DNA of 64,000 nt from Desulfobacterales bacterium. GTDB lineage: Bacteria; Desulfobacterota; Desulfobacteria; Desulfobacterales; UBA5852. The DNA is taken from the NCBI GenBank assembly GCA_963674755.2, contig CAXXVS010000002.1, positions 1,952,001 to 2,016,000 on the forward strand, read 5' to 3'. The notes beneath the pieces are model-generated. The model was given only the letters and a program-made list of their open reading frames with translations, did no database searches and had not been told where the DNA came from. The first letter of the stretch is position 1. Each line of letters begins with the position of its first letter. Positions 57,349 through 64,000 of the stretch are shown here, piece after piece. The translations under genes and the position numbers were made by a program.

Positions 57349-58473
57349 TCAATCGCCTTGCGGAGCAAAGACCGCGTCCAGGTCGGCGCGAATGAACCGG
57401 GGGCGGTAGAGGTCGGCATCCGCATAGAGGCGCTCCGGATCGTGGACATCGTTGAGGTTATAGGAAACCAGGTATCCGTCGGCGTGACCGAACTGGAGGT
57501 GCACAAAGGGGTTGTAGGCCGCGATGGCGCCGTCGGCCTCCGGGGCCCGGTAGATTTGGGCCGGCCCCTGCCAGGGACCGGTGGGCGCCGCGGCCCGGTA
57601 GAGCACCACCCGGTTCGAAAAGGGGGTGCGCTCGTCCATGGTCACCAGACCGAAACCCGATGCCAGGGGAACCACGCCGAACTGGCTGCTGACGCCGGCC
57701 AGAACGGAGCGGCTGGCCTTGGCATCGAAGGACCACTGTCGTCCGGTCCAGAATTGCCAGGCCGCATCCAGATGCTGCCGAGGGGCCCGGGCCAGGTGCA
57801 GGTGCTTGATCGCGCTGCGCGTCTCCGTCCCGTAAATATAGATCCAGGGACCCCATGCCAGCAGCGCGCTGCCGTAAGCCACGCCGTTGCCGTCATCCCG
57901 CTGAGCCACACCCACCAATTCCAAAGCGGGCAGCTGCAGCGTGGCGATCACCGTTCCATCCCAGGCCCAGCCCCACATGCCCGGCGCCACCTGGCGAAAG
58001 CGGTGGTAGAACACCATCAGCCGGTCCCCGCAGACGATGCCGTCCCCCGGCCAGAACCAGGCCTTCGGATCCTGCGGAACCAGAAAAGCGCTCGGATGGC
58101 GCGTGGTTCCCCCGTGGAGCGTTGTCAGATGGTCTCTGTTCTGGACCACCAGGCAATTGCGGATCAGCGGGCTGTCCAGCGGACGCGATCCATCCGGTCG
58201 GACATGGCCCAGGAAGGTGTCCCCGAACAACCACACTGAACGTCCATCCGGAAGGCCGATGGAGAGGGTGCCATCCCCACCGGTCCACCCGCCTCCGGAA
58301 CGGGTAAACAGACGGTTGAAGAAGGGATCCGGATGGGCCTGGAACGTTGCCGGCGGCGAAGGCGATGCCGGTTTGCGCAGACAGGCGGACGGCAGCAGGA
58401 ACAGGATTCCGAAAAGGACCGCCAGCAGCAGCGCATATCGGCCAAAAGGAAAAGGACGGTCAGCAGACCGCAT
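57349..58473 (-). CDS. Exported DUF4185/DUF5005-like beta-propeller lipoprotein
   Basis: PSAC lipobox; GWTGGDGTLSIGLPDGRSVWLFGDTF, WFWPGDG, PTGPW, VSYN, YRPRF. Confidence 0.7.
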   Translation of the reverse strand: MRSADRPFPFGRYALLLAVLFGILFLLPSACLRKPASPSPPATFQAHPDPFFNRLFTRSGGGWTGGDGTLSIGLPDGRSVWLFGDTFLGHVRPDGSRPLDSPLIRNCLVVQNRDHLTTLHGGTTRHPSAFLVPQDPKAWFWPGDGIVCGDRLMVFYHRFRQVAPGMWGWAWDGTVIATLQLPALELVGVAQRDDGNGVAYGSALLAWGPWIYIYGTETRSAIKHLHLARAPRQHLDAAWQFWTGRQWSFDAKASRSVLAGVSSQFGVVPLASGFGLVTMDERTPFSNRVVLYRAAAPTGPWQGPAQIYRAPEADGAIAAYNPFVHLQFGHADGYLVSYNLNDVHDPERLYADADLYRPRFIRADLDAVFAPQGD

Positions 58474-58582
58474 GATGATTCTCCTGAGGATTGGGGTGCG
58501 CGGCAACCGGGGGGATGGCGCCGATCACATTGCCCATCCGCCAAGGGGGATTGTCAACGGCGATACGGATCTTGAGCTAACG

Positions 58583-58844
58583 AGTGTCCACCCAGAGGTG
58601 GCCGATTTTGGTTCCTGGTCCCGCTCCATAGCGCGGGATTTCACGCCTGATCTTTAAAAACATCAGTGTTCAACAAATCGCTGTCGACGGGCGCCGGACG
58701 GCGTATCCGTAGGAGCGACAGCGTTGCGTAGCCCGGCTACGCCGAGGACCGACAGGAGGCGAGAACGCCGGCTTGTCCGCCAAAGGTGGAATGGTATACC
58801 GGCGGCGGGCCAGGGGCCGAAAGATCCCATCTCGGAATGGACAC
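58583..58844 (-). repeat. MITE-like palindromic element, copy 4
   Basis: Ends AGTGTCCACCCAGAGGTGG / CCATCTCGGAATGGACAC; closest to copy 2 (GCGCGGGATTTCA, GTGTTCAACAAA, TGTCCGCCAAAGGTGGA). Confidence 0.8.
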
Positions 58845-58849
58845 GGGGC

Positions 58850-59242
58850 TCATCGTCCGGTCAACGACACGCAGTAGGAAAGGAAGCGATCCATGGCTTC
58901 GTCGTAGTCTTCGCCGGCGATGATGCCGTCGCCCACCACATCGCCGTAACGTGACAACTTGACGATTTCAAAGTGGTTGCGGTTCAGCCAGCGGTCTTGG
59001 TCCCGGGGCAGATCGGCGTCGGTCAACCCGGCAATTTCCATTTTCTCGATGCCCCCGCTGGCCGCGCCATGACCATAGACATCGAATTTGCGGTCGGGAT
59101 TGGGCAGGACGAATTTGACATTGCCACAAGCTTGCAGGGCGACCTTGCGGCCGTTGGGCATGACGGCATAGGCCACCTGTCCCTTGTAAAAGACGCTGCT
59201 GCCGCAGTTCTCCTTTTTTTCCTGGATCACGTACATTTCCAT
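58850..59242 (-). CDS. Hypothetical protein under riboswitch control
   Basis: 130 aa, GGGAGA RBS, directly downstream of a riboswitch and terminator. Confidence 0.7.
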   Translation of the reverse strand: MEMYVIQEKKENCGSSVFYKGQVAYAVMPNGRKVALQACGNVKFVLPNPDRKFDVYGHGAASGGIEKMEIAGLTDADLPRDQDRWLNRNHFEIVKLSRYGDVVGDGIIAGEDYDEAMDRFLSYCVSLTGR

Positions 59243-59272
59243 GGCGTCGTGCGTCTCCCGCGGCTAAAGCCC

Positions 59273-59307
59273 AAAAGAAAAGCCCCGGCCAGGCCAAGGG
59301 CTTTCTC
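59273..59307 (-). terminator. Riboswitch expression-platform terminator
   Basis: Minus strand GAGAAAGCCCTTGGCCTGGCCGGGGCTTTTCTTTT. Confidence 0.7.
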
Positions 59308-59315
59308 CGCTGTTT

Positions 59316-59420
59316 GATATCGGCAACCCGGCCATCGTTACCGGCCGCCTATCCCGCCAGCCGGCTTTAGATCCGTGGTTTTGCGTCTCCACCTTTCAGC
59401 GGATTTGCCCTTCGCGATGC
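59316..59420 (-). promoter_or_regulatory. c-di-GMP-I (GEMM-I) riboswitch
   Basis: Minus strand GGGCAAATCCGCT-GAAA-GGTGGAGACGCAAAACCACGGATCTAAAG...GATGGCCGGGTTGCCGAT. Confidence 0.88.
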
Positions 59421-59567
59421 AATCGCTTTTCTGACGATCCACTAAAGACAATGCGGTCCCTTTTGTCAAGTAGCTTATGCGAATCCGCCCTGCGGCACGC
59501 GGAGGAGGGAAATGATTCGGGGGGGGAAACAAACCGGGAGCAACCTGCTTCAGCCTTGCAGAAAACG

Positions 59568-59903
59568 CTAACGGGGTTTTTGGAGCTTACGCAGCTTGTC
59601 GATCTGCCTTTTCTTCATGAGCAGCTGGACCCACTCGCTCATGTGGTCTGCCAGGCTGTGGGAATCCGCCGCTTTCTGCAATGCTTCCACGGCTTCCAGG
59701 CATCCACGGAGATCATCACGTTCCGGGGCTTTAAGCAGCAGCCGTCGATAGATCGCGGCCGCTTTGTCATAGTGCCTTTGATCGGCGTAGATCCGGGCCA
59801 TTGTCTCGGTTTCAAAATCCTTTTCAGCAGCCATGGCAAGCAGCTCCGGTGAATCCTTAGGGTTGTCGCCTGAAAACGCGTCGCCCTGATCATCATGCCG
59901 CAC
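59568..59903 (-). CDS. Small TPR-like protein
   Basis: TETMARIYADQRHYDKAAAIYRRLL single TPR. Confidence 0.7.
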   Translation of the reverse strand: MRHDDQGDAFSGDNPKDSPELLAMAAEKDFETETMARIYADQRHYDKAAAIYRRLLLKAPERDDLRGCLEAVEALQKAADSHSLADHMSEWVQLLMKKRQIDKLRKLQKPR

Positions 59904-59921
59904 GCATGTGGGCCTGCAACG

Positions 59922-60245
59922 TCATGGGCGGGGTAAATCCGCACCGGCGGCGGGCGGGGGCGACGCGCCGGGCGCCATGAAAATAAGCTCGTCCGCCGTC
60001 ACCAGGCCGAGTTCGTTGCGGGCCACGTATTCGATATAGTAGGGATCGTTTTCCAGACGCTGCTTTTCGGCGAAGCGCGCCAGATTATCCTTCAACAGGG
60101 TCTGGCTTTTCTCCACCAGACGGTCGCGATCCAGCCGGATCAGGTGCAAGTCGGCCACCCCTTTGTCACCGAATATAATCATCAGGAGAAAGGTGAAAAG
60201 CCCGATGATGGCAAACGAGAGCATGATGTTTTGACGTGTACTCAT
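59922..60245 (-). CDS. ftsB: Septum formation initiator (FtsB/DivIC family)
   Basis: TM, FGDKG, coiled coil, YIEYVARNELGLV. Confidence 0.8.
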   Translation of the reverse strand: MSTRQNIMLSFAIIGLFTFLLMIIFGDKGVADLHLIRLDRDRLVEKSQTLLKDNLARFAEKQRLENDPYYIEYVARNELGLVTADELIFMAPGASPPPAAGADLPRP

Positions 60246-61870
60246 GACCGCTTCTTCCCTTTAAACACCACACGCCGGCAGATCTGCAATTCCGGGATGT
60301 TGCCGAAAAACGCCGCGGCGATATACACGGTGACCCCGGCCGCGACATCCACACCCAGACGTAGCGCCGACAAGCCGGTCGTCCGACTCAAGTGCAGCGC
60401 CATCCAATGGTCCAGTCCGTAAACCGCCCCGCCCATCAAAAGCGCACAGCAGGCGATGCGGCCGGTCGCCGCCGCCAGCCGTAGCCCGCCCAGCGGCCCG
60501 ATGCGGCGGCGCAGCATGACGGTGAGAAGCACAACGTTCAGGACAGCGGCCAAAGACGCTGCCAAGGCGATCCCGCCAGGCCCCATGGCCGGCATCAAGG
60601 CTATACCAGCGGCGACATTGACCAGTACGCCGGCCGCGGCCGCCTGGAGAGGCCGATAGGCATCCTGCAGGGCGTAAAACACCGCCAGGAGGATGCGCAG
60701 GGCAGCGTAAGCCCATAATGCCGTACTGTACCACAAAAGGGCATAGGACGTCAACCTAACGGAATCACTACCAAAAGCGCCGTGCTCAAATAAAACGGCA
60801 ACGATCGGTTCACGCAATACCATCAGCCCCACCATCGACGGCAGGATCACGAACCAAACCAATTGCAGGGATTGCAGAAACGTCGTTTTGATATCCTCCA
60901 GATGCCCCTGGGCCGCCTGCCGGGAAAAATCGGGCATAACGACAGTGACTGCGGATATGGCGAAAATCCCCAGGGGGAACTGAACCAACCGATCCGCATA
61001 AAAGAGATAGGAAACGCTGCCGGCCGCCAGGTAGGAAGCCAGCAGGGTTCCCAGGAGGACATTAACCTGATAGGCGGCGCCCCCCAGCAAAACCGGGACG
61101 GTAGCCCGGCCGAAGCGAGCAAGAACCCCGGTCTCAACGGGCACCTTCCTGCGGAAGGCTATCCCGCGCGCGGTCAGGACCGGCAGTTGCAACGCAACCT
61201 GCAAAGCACCCCCCACCACCACCCCGGCCGCCAGGACGGCCGCCCGCATGGCAAGCGAAGGCGCCCACCATACGCCCAGCAACACCGCAGCAATCATGGC
61301 CCCATTGAGGGCCAGGGGGGCCAGGGCCGGCGCTGTGAAATGTCCCAGGGCATTGAGGATGCCCATGGCCATCGCCACCAGCCCGGTCAACAGCAAATAG
61401 GGCAGCATGATGCGGGTCAGGAGAACGGCAAGTTGAAAGGAAGCTCCGCTGACCGCAAAACCGGGAGCCAGGGCACGTACGATAAGAGGTGCCGCCACAA
61501 CCCCCAGCAGGACGATAAGCGCCAGCGACAGCGCCAGGTGCCGAAAGGCGGCAACGGCCAAATCAAGGGCCGCCCGGGGTCCCCGCCGGAGGGCCTGGTC
61601 ATGGAACACCGGGATAAAGGCCATGCCCAAGGCCCCCTCCCCCACCAGGCGTCGAAACATATTGGGAAGCCGAAAGGCCACGATAAAAGCGTCGGCATAG
61701 ATGCCGGTGCCGAAACTCCAGGCAATCAGCATATCACGGACATAACCCAGTATCCGGCTGGCAAGGGTCAGGGACATCACGATCCGGGCGGCTTTAGAAC
61801 CGGCATGTTCAGGCGGCGCCACAGGGTCGTTTTCGGGAGAGGTGTCCGGCAATGGTGGGGTTGCAGTCAT
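60242..61870 (-). CDS. murJ: Lipid II flippase MurJ (MviN)
   Basis: SRILGYVRD, AFRLPNMFRRLVGEG, YADRLVQFPLG, FYALQD. Confidence 0.95.
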   Translation of the reverse strand: MTATPPLPDTSPENDPVAPPEHAGSKAARIVMSLTLASRILGYVRDMLIAWSFGTGIYADAFIVAFRLPNMFRRLVGEGALGMAFIPVFHDQALRRGPRAALDLAVAAFRHLALSLALIVLLGVVAAPLIVRALAPGFAVSGASFQLAVLLTRIMLPYLLLTGLVAMAMGILNALGHFTAPALAPLALNGAMIAAVLLGVWWAPSLAMRAAVLAAGVVVGGALQVALQLPVLTARGIAFRRKVPVETGVLARFGRATVPVLLGGAAYQVNVLLGTLLASYLAAGSVSYLFYADRLVQFPLGIFAISAVTVVMPDFSRQAAQGHLEDIKTTFLQSLQLVWFVILPSMVGLMVLREPIVAVLFEHGAFGSDSVRLTSYALLWYSTALWAYAALRILLAVFYALQDAYRPLQAAAAGVLVNVAAGIALMPAMGPGGIALAASLAAVLNVVLLTVMLRRRIGPLGGLRLAAATGRIACCALLMGGAVYGLDHWMALHLSRTTGLSALRLGVDVAAGVTVYIAAAFFGNIPELQICRRVVFKGKKRS

Positions 61871-62013
61871 GATTCAGGGGCGAGGGGATGGCTTGCCGAC
61901 CGGATGAAAGGCATCATTTTTTTAGCCGGCAATCTGTTTCAGGACTTGACATTATCGGAGGCTTCCATTAAGAATTTTTTTTTACCAAAAGCAATCATTA
62001 AGGAGAGACCATC

Positions 62014-62280
62014 TTGGCCAATCATAAATCAGCGAAAAAACGTGCCCTGCAAAATGAAATCCGGCGTTTGCGCAACCGTTCCGTGCGCACCCAGATCAAA
62101 AGTCTCGTCAAGACCGTGCGCACCGTAGCCGCAAGCGAAGACAAGACCCAGGCGCCGGCCCAATTGAAGCTGGCCCAATCGGCGATCGATAAAGCCGCCA
62201 AAAAAGGCGTTTACCATCGTAAAACCGCTTCGCGTAAAATCGCCCGTCTGGCGCGGCAGGTCAAAAGCGCCCAAGCCTGA
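62014..62280 (+). CDS. rpsT: 30S ribosomal protein S20
   Basis: MANHKSAKKR...IDKAAKKGVYHRKTASRK; TTG start with AAGGAG RBS. Confidence 0.97.
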   Translation: MANHKSAKKRALQNEIRRLRNRSVRTQIKSLVKTVRTVAASEDKTQAPAQLKLAQSAIDKAAKKGVYHRKTASRKIARLARQVKSAQA

Positions 62281-62313
62281 ACACACGCCCATCTCCCCTT
62301 TCGCAAATCGCCG

Positions 62314-62346
62314 ACGCATGGCAGCCCCCGGTTGCCATGCGTTTTC
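62314..62346. terminator. Hairpin between convergent rpsT and lptE
   Basis: ACGCATGGCAGC-CCCC-GGTTGCCATGCGT followed by TTT. Confidence 0.6.
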
Positions 62347-62351
62347 GTGTT

Positions 62352-62915
62352 TCAAAACGACGATGTGAACTGGTAGTGAAAGTTTTCCGCCATGCGTTGG
62401 GCGATGATGGCCAGCGCCCGGCGCAAATTGCCTTCCGTGCTGGTCTTGTCGGCAAGCACGGTGTAGGCCTCACTGTCACTTAGACTGCTCTGCCAGAGGA
62501 CCTTGCCTTTGCGGTTTTTCAAAAAGAGGTCCACCCTTACCGAAACCCGCCGTTCAAGGGTGCTGGAAATACTTTGGCGGGCGACCGATCCGGTGCGCAG
62601 ATCACGAATGACGCCCGCTAAAACCGCTTCCGCCCGATCGCCATCCACGACCTCGGCATAACCGTTCCGGTTAATTTCATAGATGAAATCATTGGTGAAT
62701 TCGGTTTCGATGCCCACTTTGGTCGTGGTGTTGGTCATGGGGGGAATGCTCATGCGCTGAACTCGGACGACCGGCGCACGATCTCCCCTGAAGCTGTAAC
62801 CGCAACCGGTCAACCCGACCGCCACCCCCAGCGCCAGAATCACCGCATATCGGGCAACCCGGCGGGGTCTTTGGCGATCTGCCCGGCGTTTCCGCCCCTG
62901 TGCCATCATGCCCAC
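62352..62915 (-). CDS. lptE: LPS assembly lipoprotein LptE family
   Basis: LTGCGYSFRG lipobox; directly downstream of leuS, the usual position for lptE. Confidence 0.8.
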   Translation of the reverse strand: MGMMAQGRKRRADRQRPRRVARYAVILALGVAVGLTGCGYSFRGDRAPVVRVQRMSIPPMTNTTTKVGIETEFTNDFIYEINRNGYAEVVDGDRAEAVLAGVIRDLRTGSVARQSISSTLERRVSVRVDLFLKNRKGKVLWQSSLSDSEAYTVLADKTSTEGNLRRALAIIAQRMAENFHYQFTSSF

Positions 62916-62922
62916 CCGCTTT

Positions 62923-64000
62923 CTATGCGACGATATTGACCAGCTTACCCGGCACCACGATGACCTTGCGCACCGTCTTGTCCCCGATGAACTTGCGGGC
63001 CCGCTCGTCGGTCAGCGCCAGAGCTTCGATCTTGGCCTTGTCTGTCCCCGCCTCAACGGTCAATCGGCTACGCAGCTTGCCGTTGACCTGGATGACGATC
63101 ACCCATTCGTCGTGCACCAGGGCATCCTCGCGATAGGCGGGCCAGGGGACCTGCAGGATGCTGGGGGCATGGCCCAGCGCTTCCCAGATCTCCTCCGCAA
63201 AATGGGGGACGATGGGTGACAGGAGTAGGGCGATCCGCTCCAGGGCCAGACGGATGACGCCGCGCTCCGCGGCGGCGTTCGTCTGGAGCGCCTCGCCGGA
63301 AGCCAGATTAACCAGCTCCATTACGGCGCTGATGGCCGTGTTGAAATGAAAGCGTTCCTCGATGTCGCGGGTCACCTTATGGGTGGCCTGATGGACCTTC
63401 TTAAACAGCTCGCGCACGGGCGGGGAGAGCGTCGCCTCATCCCCATCGAAGGGCGCAACCCCGTCCAATTTGTCATGCCAATGCCAAACGAGCCGCCACA
63501 CCCGGTTGAGGAAACGGTAGCCCCCTTCGACACCCTGCTCGCTCCACTCCAGATCACGTTCCGGCGGGGCGGCGAAAAGGCAAAACAGACGCGTGGTATC
63601 TGCCCCGTATTGGTTGAGCAGCAGGTTGGGGTCGATCACGTTCTTTTTGGATTTGGACATTTTCTCGACCCGCCCCACCATGACCGCTTGGCCGCACAGA
63701 CGGCAGGTGCGCTGCCCGTTCTCTTCCAAAACATCGTCCGGGAAGAGAAATCCATGCTCCGGGCAGGATACGGTCTCTTTGCAGACCATGCCTTGGGTGA
63801 GCAGGCGCGTGAAGGGCTCCTTGAAGCGGGTCAGACCGAAATCCTTGAGCACACGGGTGTAATAGCGCGAATAGAGCAGGTGCAGAACCGCGTGCTCCAC
63901 CCCGCCGATGTACTGGTCCACCGGCATCCAGTAGTCCACGGCATCCTTATCGAACATGCCCGTGGAACAGCGCGGGCTGCAATAGCGTTCGAAATACCAG
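62923..64000 (-). CDS. leuS: Leucine--tRNA ligase, 5' part outside window
   Basis: [39 protein letters not shown]. Confidence 0.97.
   Translation of the reverse strand, partial: WYFERYCSPRCSTGMFDKDAVDYWMPVDQYIGGVEHAVLHLLYSRYYTRVLKDFGLTRFKEPFTRLLTQGMVCKETVSCPEHGFLFPDDVLEENGQRTCRLCGQAVMVGRVEKMSKSKKNVIDPNLLLNQYGADTTRLFCLFAAPPERDLEWSEQGVEGGYRFLNRVWRLVWHWHDKLDGVAPFDGDEATLSPPVRELFKKVHQATHKVTRDIEERFHFNTAISAVMELVNLASGEALQTNAAAERGVIRLALERIALLLSPIVPHFAEEIWEALGHAPSILQVPWPAYREDALVHDEWVIVIQVNGKLRSRLTVEAGTDKAKIEALALTDERARKFIGDKTVRKVIVVPGKLVNIVA

Overview
GC-rich bacterial chromosome segment; gene content and intergenic repeat style suggest a Desulfobacterales-like deltaproteobacterium (inference). Left part (1-19.8 kb): a tungsten-type aldehyde:ferredoxin oxidoreductase module with Tat-signal Fe-S partners, a PAS/GAF-NarL two-component pair, then mltG, nagZ, tsaD, flotillin/NfeD, purM, aminotransferase-hom-thrH-hldE and an initiator tRNA-Met. 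The tRNA is followed by a layered accessory hotspot (19.85-26.1 kb): att-like remnants including a tRNA-Arg(CCT) 3' half, an AT-rich three-gene toxin-antitoxin-X operon, REP-like palindromes, an integron attC remnant whose GTTA core is interrupted by a sense-oriented group II intron with a matching EBS1, a cassette-like methyltransferase gene, and an IS200 inserted into a REP palindrome. Next come a c-di-GMP-I riboswitch-controlled Deg protease and an envelope-stress region (PepSY, ABC, DedA, RND, arnB/arnD relic, arnT, OmpR-type pair with a frameshifted kinase) in which three promoters share TTCAT-N6-TTCAY-N10-TAnnnT. The right part holds a FadR-type regulator with betAB, a second RND system, an abfD fragment, a second c-di-GMP-I riboswitch, and ftsB-like, murJ, rpsT, lptE and partial leuS genes. 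Four copies of a MITE-like element with co-varying terminal inverted repeats are scattered through the window. All calls come from motif recognition by eye; no database searches were run.
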